DNA of 48,327 bases from Gemmatimonadaceae bacterium (GTDB lineage Bacteria > Gemmatimonadota > Gemmatimonadetes > Gemmatimonadales > Gemmatimonadaceae): positions 1 through 48,327 of the forward strand of contig JBKJKH010000651.1 in the NCBI GenBank assembly GCA_046597595.1, in the 5' to 3' direction. This document shows, piece by piece, positions 36,059 to 44,535 of this stretch (its first letter is position 1; each line of letters begins with the position of its first letter). The notes under the pieces were generated by a model. That model was not told where the DNA came from and did no database searches. It saw nothing but the letters and a program-made list of their open reading frames with translations. A program made the position numbers and the translations under genes.

Positions 36059-37957
36059 TCACGCTCCGTCTGGACGCTGGCCGTCGCGGAAGATCCGCAG
36101 CCACCACTCGAAGCACACCAGCGACCAGATCAGCAATCGCCGATTCTGCTTCCCGGTGAAATGTTCGTCGAGCAGGGAGCGGACGGTGTCCGGCTGCAGG
36201 TAGTCATACACGCGCGCCCGATCGGTGGCGAACGTCGAACGGATATAGTCGATGCTCTGGCCCTTGAACCAGCTGGCATCGGGCGCGGAAAACCCTTGCT
36301 TCGCGCCGTGCGCGTATTGCGTCGGCACATAGCGCTCGAGCGCCTTGCGCAGGATGATCTTGCCATCGCTGGTCTGCTCGAAATACTGCCTGGACTTTTC
36401 CCCCGGCGTATTCTCATTCAGCCGGACCACTTCGGTCAGGTTCCGGAGCTTGTGCCTGACCGGCACGCGCATCGCAAAGTCAACGAGGTCGTTGTCGAGA
36501 AAGGGCACGCGCGTCTCCAGCCCATGCGCCATGCTGAGTTTGTCCTCGACGGCGAGGAGCCCCTGCAGGAACGTCCGTGACTCGAAGTACAGCGACCGAT
36601 TCACGTAATCCTCAGGCGACGGCACCCCGGTGACATGCCCGTTCATGACTGCGGCGAACACGTCCTTCGTCTGGTGGCCCAGCACGCGAGGGTAGGCGCT
36701 GCCCTGGAAGAACGAGCCCTTGAGGCTGTCCGGAATCAGGCGCTGCCAGTATTTGTAGTACTTGTCGAGATATTCCGCCGGGCCGTCATTGTTCACAGCG
36801 CGGTAATACCGCCATGGATATCCGGCAAACAACTCGTCGCCGCCCGCTCCGGAGAGCACCACCTTCACGAACTTGCTCGCGAGCCGCGACACGTAGAAGT
36901 TCGGGTACGATTGCCCGACGCGGAGATCCTCGAGATGCCAGATGAGCTGCGGCATCACCCGCTCCATGTCGCCAGCCTTGAGGACGACTTCATAGTGTTC
37001 CGTGCCGTAGCGGCTGGACAGGAACTCCGCCTTCGTGCGCTCGTCAAAGCCCAACTCCATCCCGGAGGCGGACGAGAGGTCGAAGCCGCACGTGAAGGTC
37101 TTCAGGTTCTTGAAGCTCTTGCCGGCAAGCGCGGTGATCGCGCCCGAGTCCATGCCGCCGCTGAGATACGCCCCGATCTCGACGTCGCTCATGAGCTGGC
37201 GGTTGACCGCCTGCTCGAACAGGCGGTCCAATTCCTCGACATACTCGGACTCGGTGCCCGTGTCCCCCTCGCGAAAGTCGTAGTCCCAGTAGCGAGAAAG
37301 GCGCGGCGCGCTCTGGCCGCCCAGCGACACCGTCATCGTGTGCGCCGCCGGCAGCGTCTTCACACCCTCGAAGAGCGTGAGGTCCGAAAAGATGTTCTGG
37401 AACGAGAAGTATTCGTTCAGCGCCTCGATCGAAACATCCACCGAGAAGTCGGGAAGCTGCTGGATTGACTTGATCTCGGAGCCGAACGCGAACGTGTGGC
37501 CCTTCGCGTAGTAGTACAGCGGCTTGATACCGTAGCGGTCACGCGCCAGGAACAGCTCGTTCGTTCTATTGTCCCAGATGGCGAAGGCGAACATCCCGTT
37601 GAAGCGCTTCACGCAATCCGCGCCCCATTCGACATAGGCGCGCAGTACCACTTCCGAGTCAGTCCGTGAGCGGAAGGGGTGACCCTTCGCCTCGAGCTGA
37701 GCCCGCAACTCGAGATGGTTGTAGACCTCGCCATTATAGGTGATCACCACCGAGCCGTCCTCCGTCTGCATGGGCTGATGGCCCAGTGGGGAGAGGTCGA
37801 TGATCGACAGCCGGCGATGTCCCAGGCCGATGAACGAGTTCGTCCAGAACCCCTCACCGTCGGGACCGCGGTGGCGCACCACGTCGGTCATCCGTCTCAA
37901 CTGGGAAATCGAGACGGGACGGCCGTCCACGTGAAACAGGCCGGTGATTCCGCACAT
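36059..37957 (-). CDS. AsnB-family glutamine-hydrolysing amidotransferase (paralogue 5)
   Basis: MCGITGLF, HRGPDGEG, HRRLSIIDLS, YNGEVYNH, TDSEV, PP-loop LSGGMDSGAIT, SGAGGDE, VEDKLSMAHGLETRVPFLDN, AKQGFSAPD. 632 aa. Confidence 0.92.
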   Translation of the reverse strand: MCGITGLFHVDGRPVSISQLRRMTDVVRHRGPDGEGFWTNSFIGLGHRRLSIIDLSPLGHQPMQTEDGSVVITYNGEVYNHLELRAQLEAKGHPFRSRTDSEVVLRAYVEWGADCVKRFNGMFAFAIWDNRTNELFLARDRYGIKPLYYYAKGHTFAFGSEIKSIQQLPDFSVDVSIEALNEYFSFQNIFSDLTLFEGVKTLPAAHTMTVSLGGQSAPRLSRYWDYDFREGDTGTESEYVEELDRLFEQAVNRQLMSDVEIGAYLSGGMDSGAITALAGKSFKNLKTFTCGFDLSSASGMELGFDERTKAEFLSSRYGTEHYEVVLKAGDMERVMPQLIWHLEDLRVGQSYPNFYVSRLASKFVKVVLSGAGGDELFAGYPWRYYRAVNNDGPAEYLDKYYKYWQRLIPDSLKGSFFQGSAYPRVLGHQTKDVFAAVMNGHVTGVPSPEDYVNRSLYFESRTFLQGLLAVEDKLSMAHGLETRVPFLDNDLVDFAMRVPVRHKLRNLTEVVRLNENTPGEKSRQYFEQTSDGKIILRKALERYVPTQYAHGAKQGFSAPDASWFKGQSIDYIRSTFATDRARVYDYLQPDTVRSLLDEHFTGKQNRRLLIWSLVCFEWWLRIFRDGQRPDGA

Positions 37958-37971
37958 CTACGCGTCGCGCC

Positions 37972-38961
37972 TCAGGCCATCGCCGCGCGTTCGGCAACGA
38001 GCGACTTGTGCGCATTGCGCCACTCGATCAAGCGTTCCAGCCCGTCGCGAAGATCGATCGTCGTGCGAAACTTGATCTCTTTCTCAGCCTTCGCGGTGCT
38101 GCCGATGCGGTTCGTCACGAACGTCTTCCCGGCTGGCTCATACTGGATGGGCAGGTGCGTCCCGGTGAGCTCGCGGATCACTTCGACCAGTTCCTTGAGC
38201 GACGTGCGCGTCCCACTGCCAACATTGTAGAACTGGTCGGTCGCCGACGCCTTCAGCGCACACACGTTCGCACGCGCGCAATCGGAGACGTAGATGAAAT
38301 CGTACGCCTGCGATCCGTCACCGTAGAGCACGGGGGGCAACCCCTGGTCGATGCGGTCGAGGATCTTCATGATCACGGCGATGTACGTGCCCTTGTAGTC
38401 CTGACGGGCGCCGTAGACGTTCATGTAGCGGAGGCCAACGTAATTCAGGCCATTCCGATCGTGGAACGCCCGTGCCATCGCCTCCCCGGCAATCTTCGTG
38501 GCGCCGTAGAACGTCCGGTTGTTGAACGGGTGCTCCTCGGTCATCGGCAATTCGACGGCATCGCCGTAAACCGACGCCGAGGACGAATACACGAGCCGCT
38601 TGATGTTGTGATCGCGGCACGCCTCGAGGACGTTGAACGTCCCGCGGATGTTGACGTCGAAGGCGGCGCGCGGGTAGTCGTAGCACTGGAGCAACCAGAG
38701 CGCCGCAAGGTGCACCACGTTGTCGCTCTCCTTCACCGCCGAATGCAACACGTCCGACTGGAGAATGTCGCCACCCGCCTCGAAGATTCGCACGCGCGGG
38801 TCGCTGAGCGACTCTTCCAGGTTCTCGCGTGAGCCGCGCGCGAAGTTGTCGTAGACGATCACCTGCGCGACGTCCTCCTTCAGGAGCTCGTCGACGACGT
38901 GCGATCCAATAAAGCCGGCGCCTCCGATAACGAGCACCTTGGCGCCTCGCAAATCATTCAT
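37972..38961 (-). CDS. NAD-dependent epimerase/dehydratase (GalE-like extended SDR)
   Basis: KVLVIGGAGFIGSHVVDELL, YSSSASVYG, YGATKIAGE (YxxxK), YDFIYVSDCA. Confidence 0.85.
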   Translation of the reverse strand: MNDLRGAKVLVIGGAGFIGSHVVDELLKEDVAQVIVYDNFARGSRENLEESLSDPRVRIFEAGGDILQSDVLHSAVKESDNVVHLAALWLLQCYDYPRAAFDVNIRGTFNVLEACRDHNIKRLVYSSSASVYGDAVELPMTEEHPFNNRTFYGATKIAGEAMARAFHDRNGLNYVGLRYMNVYGARQDYKGTYIAVIMKILDRIDQGLPPVLYGDGSQAYDFIYVSDCARANVCALKASATDQFYNVGSGTRTSLKELVEVIRELTGTHLPIQYEPAGKTFVTNRIGSTAKAEKEIKFRTTIDLRDGLERLIEWRNAHKSLVAERAAMA

Positions 38962-39038
38962 TCGTGCGATGTTAGAAGAGAAAGAGCGTCCACAGTCCAG
39001 CCTTCAAAAATAGCCTCGAGGCCCTATCTTGACCAGTC
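38962..39038. promoter_or_regulatory. Candidate divergent promoter region (SDR-AsnB5 minus vs GT4-like/Wzz-like plus)
   Basis: 77-nt gap between divergent starts. AT-richer (gttagaagagaaagag, ttcaaaaatag). Confidence 0.35.
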
Positions 39039-40166
39039 GTGCCTCGTGTCCTCATTCTCACCTTCTCCGACGTCGCCCGCGATCCGCGGGTGCGCAGGCA
39101 AATCGCTGCGCTCGCTGACGAGCATGAGGTCATTTCCGCCGGGCTGGGCAGCGGGGCAGGGGGCACGGCGCACATCGCACTGGATGCCGCGATTCCGAGG
39201 CGGGGGATCGCGGGCCGGGCGCTTGCCGCGGCGCGACTGGCCGCAGGCCGGCATGAGGCAAAATACTGGAGCCATCCGCTGGTGCGTGCCGCGGAAACGT
39301 TACTGCGGCAGGTAGCCCCCGATGTCGTCATCGCCAATGACGTGGACACGCTCCCGTTTGCGCTCACCTTCAGCGCCCGCGTGATCTTCGATGCGCACGA
39401 GTACAAGCCGCGCGAATTCGAGAACCTGGCCCGCTTTCGTCTCTTCCAGCGGTACTACCGCTATCTGTGGCGAACGTACGTCCCGCAGGCGCACGCGGTC
39501 ACCACGGTGTCGCACGGCCTCGCGGCCGAATTCCGGCGCGACGTGGGTGTCGATCCGACCGTGATTACCAACGCCGCGCCATTTGTCGACTTGAAGCCAA
39601 GCGCCCTTCGCGCCGATGGCGTCATCCGCATGATCCATCACGGCTACGCGATCCCCTCACGAAAGCTCGAGAACATGGTGGACACGATGCGCGAACTCGA
39701 CGACCGATTCGTGCTCGACTTCATGCTGGTGGAGAGCGAGGCAGGGTACATCCAGAAGCTCCGGAATCGCGCTGCCCGGGATGAAAGGATTCGCTTTATT
39801 CCTCCCGTTGCGCTGCCCGACATCGTTGCCGCAACCAACGCATACGATCTCGGATTATTCCTGCTCGAACCCGCGAACTTCAACTACCGCCACGCACTGC
39901 CCAACAAGCTCTTCGAGTTCGTTCAGGCCCGGTTGGGCGTGGCGATCGGTCCGACACCGGACATGGCGGACGTGGTCCGCCAGCACGGGTTGGGAATCAT
40001 TGCCGACGACTTTACCCCCGCTGCGATGGCCCGCGCGCTCAGGACGCTGACCCCGGCGCGTGTTGCTGCGTTCAAGCAGCGTGCGCACGAATCCGCACAC
40101 GAGCTCAGCGCGAACCGAGACGCGGAGCGCTTGCGCAGACTCGTGGATACCGTCGCCCGAGGCTGA
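39039..40166 (+). CDS. GT4-like glycosyltransferase (DPRV / HEY-motif subtype; paralogue of 16460-17701)
   Basis: GTG start. PRVLILTFSDVARDPRVRRQIAALADEHEV, VIFDAHEYKPREF, HALPNKLFEFVQARLGVAIGPTPDM. Collinear with the 16460-17701 product. Confidence 0.65.
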   Translation: MPRVLILTFSDVARDPRVRRQIAALADEHEVISAGLGSGAGGTAHIALDAAIPRRGIAGRALAAARLAAGRHEAKYWSHPLVRAAETLLRQVAPDVVIANDVDTLPFALTFSARVIFDAHEYKPREFENLARFRLFQRYYRYLWRTYVPQAHAVTTVSHGLAAEFRRDVGVDPTVITNAAPFVDLKPSALRADGVIRMIHHGYAIPSRKLENMVDTMRELDDRFVLDFMLVESEAGYIQKLRNRAARDERIRFIPPVALPDIVAATNAYDLGLFLLEPANFNYRHALPNKLFEFVQARLGVAIGPTPDMADVVRQHGLGIIADDFTPAAMARALRTLTPARVAAFKQRAHESAHELSANRDAERLRRLVDTVARG

Positions 40167-40335
40167 TTATCTTCCTCCGGAAATTCGCCCAGGTCATTAC
40201 CTGCCTTCACTTATGCTCGTCTGAGGGGTATCATGTATCACTTGAGGAACGCGGGCATAACGCCTTCGCTCCGCCCAACATGTTTGTGATGCTCGCAGCG
40301 GGCCTCCCGCGCTGGCTGTCCTCCGGTGAATTGAA
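40167..40335 (+). promoter_or_regulatory. Candidate promoter/leader upstream of the Wzz-like gene
   Basis: 169-nt gap inside a plus-strand block. Lower GC than its flanks. Bracketed by the near-repeat TCCTCCGGaAATT (40173-40185) / TCCTCCGGtgAATT (40319-40332). Confidence 0.3.
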
Positions 40336-41502
40336 ATGAGCGCCTCCCGCCCCGAGACGCCCTTCAGCCTTCGCCCGGTTCCTGAGCCCGAGACGCCCTC
40401 AGGCCCGGGTCACCCGCCCGAACGCGAGGATGAACTGTCGTTCCTCGCGCTCGTCAACGTGCTGCTCAGGCGCCGCCGCCTCGTTTTTCTTCCGCCGCTG
40501 CTGCTGGTCCTCTGGGCGTTTCTCGCGCCACTCATTGAGACCGCGCAGCCGCCCTTGCCGGAGTCGGAGGCCGTGCTGACCATCGAGGGTGGTGTCTCCG
40601 CCTCGCCGACCCCATCGGAAGGTCTCGCCGCTCAACTCGGCCTTGTTGCGGCATCGACCAACAACACGAACTTCCCGTATCCGCGGATTCTCGCGTCGCG
40701 CGATTTCCTTAACCGGCTCCTCGACGAGCGCTTCAGTTTCGTCTCGGGAGGGACCGTGACGAGCGGCACGCTGTACGAGTTGAGCAGGATCAGGTCGGAT
40801 ACGGCCGGCCTGGCGAGGGAGCGCGCCATTCGCTGGCTGCGCGGCAGCATTGCCGTTGCGGGCGAGCCGGATGGCATGGCGCGTCTCAAGGTGCGCATGG
40901 CCACAAAGGCGCTCGCGGAATCGCTCTCGTATCGCGTCGTGGATCATCTCAACGATGCGAACATCCGCATGCGGCAGACGAAAGTCAGCCGCGATCGGCG
41001 CGCAACGTATGCGCAGATGATCGAGGCACAGAACGACCTGCGCGGCGCCGAGTCGCGGATGGAAGCGTTCCTGCTCCGGAATCGCGACTATCAGAATTCT
41101 CCGATGCTGCGGTTCGAATTCGACCGTATCAATCGTGACATGAACATCAAGTCCTCGATGTACACATCGCTCGCGACATCGTACCAGAACGCTCGTCTCG
41201 ACGAAATTCGCAACGCGCCGGCGGTGAACATCGTCGAACCGCCGCTCGTGCCGTTCGAGGAGCCCAAACCCTGGCGCCTGACGATTCCTGCCAAGGGCCT
41301 GGTGCAGGCCATGATGGCGCTCATCGCCACCATCATCCTCGCCTTCGCGCTCGAGTTTGCAGCGATTACCCGCCGGCGCAGCCCGGGGGATTATGCGGAA
41401 TACGTGGCCCTGCGCGAGAAGTCGTTCGGCTGGTTCCTCAAGCCGCTTCGGCGATTCCGTCGGCGCAGCCGCAGCGCAGCGAGCGAGCTGACGGTCAAGT
41501 GA
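40336..41502 (+). CDS. Wzz-like polysaccharide co-polymerase / chain-length determinant (no kinase domain)
   Basis: N-terminal EDELSFLALVNVLLRRRRLVFLPPLLLVLWAFLAPLI (Wzz motif plus TM1). Long polar, probably coiled middle. C-terminal TM LVQAMMALIATIILAFALEF followed by a basic tail. Confidence 0.7.
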   Translation: MSASRPETPFSLRPVPEPETPSGPGHPPEREDELSFLALVNVLLRRRRLVFLPPLLLVLWAFLAPLIETAQPPLPESEAVLTIEGGVSASPTPSEGLAAQLGLVAASTNNTNFPYPRILASRDFLNRLLDERFSFVSGGTVTSGTLYELSRIRSDTAGLARERAIRWLRGSIAVAGEPDGMARLKVRMATKALAESLSYRVVDHLNDANIRMRQTKVSRDRRATYAQMIEAQNDLRGAESRMEAFLLRNRDYQNSPMLRFEFDRINRDMNIKSSMYTSLATSYQNARLDEIRNAPAVNIVEPPLVPFEEPKPWRLTIPAKGLVQAMMALIATIILAFALEFAAITRRRSPGDYAEYVALREKSFGWFLKPLRRFRRRSRSAASELTVK

Positions 41503-42692
41503 CTGCCGGACGGCCTGTGCGCCGTCCACGGGTGGCGCACGTCGTTCCTGCCCCCGAGTTCGTCAGCCTCATCATGGTGCACGACCTGCGCCGACTCGTC
41601 GAGACGCTGGATCCCACGGTGATCTGCAGTGAGGGGCCGGGAGTCGCGGCACTGCGCGCCGAAGGACTTCGAGTGCTCACGATTCCCATGCGCCGCAAGC
41701 TGACGCCATTTGCGGATCTCGCGGCCGCGATTCGGTTATGGCGCCTCTTCCGCGCGGAACGCTTCGACATCGTGCAGGGATATACGCCCAAGGGTGGGCT
41801 CCTCGTCGCTCTCGCCGGCGCTGCGGCGCGCGTGCCGCTCCGCATCTACTCCTGTCGCGGACTGCTGTATACCGCAGCGATGTCGTCGTCCAGACGCGCC
41901 CTCTTTCGCACCACGGATCGCGTCACGGCATCGCTCACGCACTGCACATTCTTCATCAGTCGCGCCGATGCACAGTATGCTGTAGCCGAGCGCCTCTGGC
42001 CGGAAGAGAAGGCACGGTTCGTGGGAAGCGGAATTGATCTCTCGCGCTTTGACGCGACAGCGCTGCCCGCTGACACGCGAGCACGTCTCAGAGCCGAATT
42101 GGGCATTCCCGCCAACGCCCCGATGATACTCACGGTCGCTCGTTTCGTCGCCGCGAAAGGGTACGAGGAGCTGGCGGAAGCAGCGGCCATCGTCCTGCGC
42201 GAGCGACCCGACGCGCGCTTCGTGTGGGTCGCGCCGGCGTTCACGGATGAAGAAGGTGTGCTGCCGGACTCACTCATGGCGCGATACGGCGTCGCCCATG
42301 CCGTGGTTCGCCTCGGACACCGTGATGACATTCCCGCGCTGTACTCGGCGGCCGACGTGATGACTCTCCCGAGCCATCGCGAAGGGGTGTCACGCGTGCT
42401 CATGGAGGCCGCGGCCGTCGGCGTGGGTATCGTAGCCTCCGACGTGTCCGGTTGTCGCGAGGTAGTCGGCGATGACGAAGCGGGTTGGCTCGTGCCCGTG
42501 GGCGACGCGACCGCCCTTGCGCGCGCGTTGCTTCACGCGGTGAACGATCCGGCGGAACGCGGCCGGCGGGCACGGCATGCGCGCGATGACGTGCGCGCAC
42601 GCTACAGCCTGGACGCGCTCGCAGGCCGATTGCGCGCTGCGTACAAGGAACTCATGGTCGCGCATCCCGCGATTGCCGGAACGGTTCGTTGA
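41499..42692 (+). CDS. Glycosyltransferase, GT4 (GT-B, group 1)
   Basis: GTG overlaps the upstream stop (GTGA). RVAHVVPAPEF..., C-terminal LPSHREGVSRVLMEAAAVGVGIVASDVSGCREVVGDDEAGWLV. Confidence 0.85.
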   Translation: MTAGRPVRRPRVAHVVPAPEFVSLIMVHDLRRLVETLDPTVICSEGPGVAALRAEGLRVLTIPMRRKLTPFADLAAAIRLWRLFRAERFDIVQGYTPKGGLLVALAGAAARVPLRIYSCRGLLYTAAMSSSRRALFRTTDRVTASLTHCTFFISRADAQYAVAERLWPEEKARFVGSGIDLSRFDATALPADTRARLRAELGIPANAPMILTVARFVAAKGYEELAEAAAIVLRERPDARFVWVAPAFTDEEGVLPDSLMARYGVAHAVVRLGHRDDIPALYSAADVMTLPSHREGVSRVLMEAAAVGVGIVASDVSGCREVVGDDEAGWLVPVGDATALARALLHAVNDPAERGRRARHARDDVRARYSLDALAGRLRAAYKELMVAHPAIAGTVR

Positions 42693-42776
42693 CCGGCGCG
42701 GCTCGATTCGAGACATTTCGTGGTTCGTATCCGGCCGAAGTGTCCGGCCTGTCCATCCGTCCCTGACCTCCCTGGC

Positions 42777-43943
42777 GTGAGCCCTCGCATCTTTCTTTCC
42801 GTTCCCCACATGAGCGGCCACGAAGAAGAGTTCGTGGCTGACGCATTCCGTTCGAACTGGCTTTCCTCGGTCGGCCCGCACCTCGACGGTTTCGAGCTGG
42901 CGATTTCCGAGCGCCTTTCCCGCGGCCAGGGCGCGCCCGTGCATACGCTTGGCGTGTCGAGCGGGACGGCGGCCCTTCACCTCATCCTCCGGTATCTGGG
43001 CGTTGGCTCCGGTGACCGCGTCGCGGTGTCGTCCCTGACATTCGCTGCATCCGTCTACCCGGTCCTCTACCTTGGCGCCACGCCGGTGTTCATTGATGCC
43101 GAACCGGTGTCGAGCAACATCGACGCGAATCTGGTCGCCGAGTACCTGGACGACGCCGCGCGCAAACGAACTCTGCCCAAGGTACTGATCGCCGTTCACC
43201 TCAACGGACAGCACGCGGACGTCGACCCTATCCTCGCCGCGTGCCGGAAGCATGGCGTGATTCTCGTCGAAGATGCGGCCGAATCGCTGGGGGCCCAGTA
43301 TCACGGACGCGAGACGGGCACGACCGCGGACTACGCCATACTCAGCTTCAACGGCAACAAGATCATCACGACGACCGGAGGCGGAATGGTCGTCGCGCGC
43401 TCGGATGAAGCGATTGCGCGGATGCGGAAGTGGTCGACGCAGTCACGCGAACCCGCGCTCGAGTACCTGCACAAGGAATACGGATTCAACTACCGGATGA
43501 GCAACGTGCTCGCGGCCATCGGGCGCGGACAGATGCGTGTACTCGACGAGCGGGTGCGGCAGCGGCAGGCAGTCGCCGACCGCTATCGTCAGGCCGTGCA
43601 GCATATTCCGGGCGTGCTGTTCCAGCAGACCGCCGCGTGGGGCACCAACACGCACTGGCTGTCCGTGGTGTACCTCGACCCGGCCGTTGCTGCCGCGACA
43701 CCGATGGAATGCATCGCGGCACTGGCGGCGGTGGATATCGAAGCGCGGCCGATGTGGCGGCCGATGCATTTGCAGCCGTTGTTCGAGGGAGCCGAAATCG
43801 TTGGCGGCACCGTGGGGCAGATGCTGTACGAACGCGGGCTGTGTCTCCCCTCGTCCTCGAGCCTGGCGATTGACGATCAGCAGCGCGTGATCGACATCCT
43901 GCGCGAGGCACTCATGGGTGCGGTGTCCGGTCGTAGCCGGTGA
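42777..43943 (+). CDS. DegT-family aminotransferase, PglE-like (4-keto-6-deoxy-HexNAc aminotransferase type)
   Basis: Start moved to GTG 42777 (VSPRIFLSVPHMSGHEEEFVADAFRSNWLSSVGPHLDGFE, matching the PglE-type N-terminus IFLSxPHMxGxE). LSFNGNKIITTTGGGMV (PLP-Lys). The ORF opens at 42720. Confidence 0.8.
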   Translation: MSPRIFLSVPHMSGHEEEFVADAFRSNWLSSVGPHLDGFELAISERLSRGQGAPVHTLGVSSGTAALHLILRYLGVGSGDRVAVSSLTFAASVYPVLYLGATPVFIDAEPVSSNIDANLVAEYLDDAARKRTLPKVLIAVHLNGQHADVDPILAACRKHGVILVEDAAESLGAQYHGRETGTTADYAILSFNGNKIITTTGGGMVVARSDEAIARMRKWSTQSREPALEYLHKEYGFNYRMSNVLAAIGRGQMRVLDERVRQRQAVADRYRQAVQHIPGVLFQQTAAWGTNTHWLSVVYLDPAVAAATPMECIAALAAVDIEARPMWRPMHLQPLFEGAEIVGGTVGQMLYERGLCLPSSSSLAIDDQQRVIDILREALMGAVSGRSR

Positions 43944-44532
43944 ACTCCGTCATCGTTGCCGCTCCTTCCGCGCTGACGTCCCGCGCGGTGAGGACGGTGC
44001 GAATGGTCTGCCACAGGATTTGCCCGTCCAGTGTGAAGGAGCAACGCTCCACGTACTCCAGGTCGTATTCAAACCGCTCGGGCCAGGGCAGTGCATTCCG
44101 GCCGCGTACCTGGGCCAACCCTGTCAGGCCGGGGCGCACATCATGACGCCGCCGGTGCCGCTCGGAGTACAACGGCAGATACGAAGCGAAAAGCGGGCGC
44201 GGACCCACCAGGCTCATGTCCCCGCGCAGCACGTTCCAGAGCTCTGGCAATTCGTCGAGCGAGGTGGCACGCAAGGTTCGTCCGAACGGCGTGAGGCGCT
44301 GCTCGTCCGGAAGGAGGTCTCCATTGGCATCACGGGCATCGACCATCGTGCGCAACTTGACGATCGAGAAAATCCGCCCGCCGAGCCCTGCGCGCTGCTG
44401 ACGGTAGAGCGCTGGCGCGCCATGGCGCAGCCGGACCAGGAGGATCAGCACCATCACGAGCGGAACCCAGGCGACAGCACTGAGGAAAACGAGCGCGAGG
44501 TCGAAGGCGCGCTTTCCCCGATATCCAGTCAT
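43912..44532 (-). CDS. Small bacterial sugar transferase / phosphoglycosyltransferase (PglC-like initiating enzyme)
   Basis: KRAFDLALVFLSAVAWVPLVMVLILLV (re-entrant helix), VKLRTM, SLDELPELWNVLRGDMSLVGPRP, RPGLTGLAQV. Its 3' end overlaps the convergent aminotransferase by 32 nt. Confidence 0.88.
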   Translation of the reverse strand: MTGYRGKRAFDLALVFLSAVAWVPLVMVLILLVRLRHGAPALYRQQRAGLGGRIFSIVKLRTMVDARDANGDLLPDEQRLTPFGRTLRATSLDELPELWNVLRGDMSLVGPRPLFASYLPLYSERHRRRHDVRPGLTGLAQVRGRNALPWPERFEYDLEYVERCSFTLDGQILWQTIRTVLTARDVSAEGAATMTEFTGYDRTPHP

Positions 44533-44535
44533 GGG

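Noticed and set aside
4916-37957. The AsnB homologues as lasso-peptide cyclases or other RiPP enzymes
   Set aside because: All complete copies retain the MCG Ntn-glutaminase N-terminus and full glutaminase motifs, which lasso cyclases typically lack. No small precursor ORF, B-protein/protease or ABC immunity gene is adjacent. The context is uniformly glycan biosynthesis.
40173-40332. Near-repeat TCCTCCGG(a/tg)AATT at both ends of the 169-nt gap upstream of the Wzz-like gene, as possible ends of a small inserted element
   Set aside because: Only about 13 nt match. They are direct rather than inverted repeats, with no target-site duplication pattern or internal ORF. This is plausible by chance, so it is kept only as a note under the regulatory feature.
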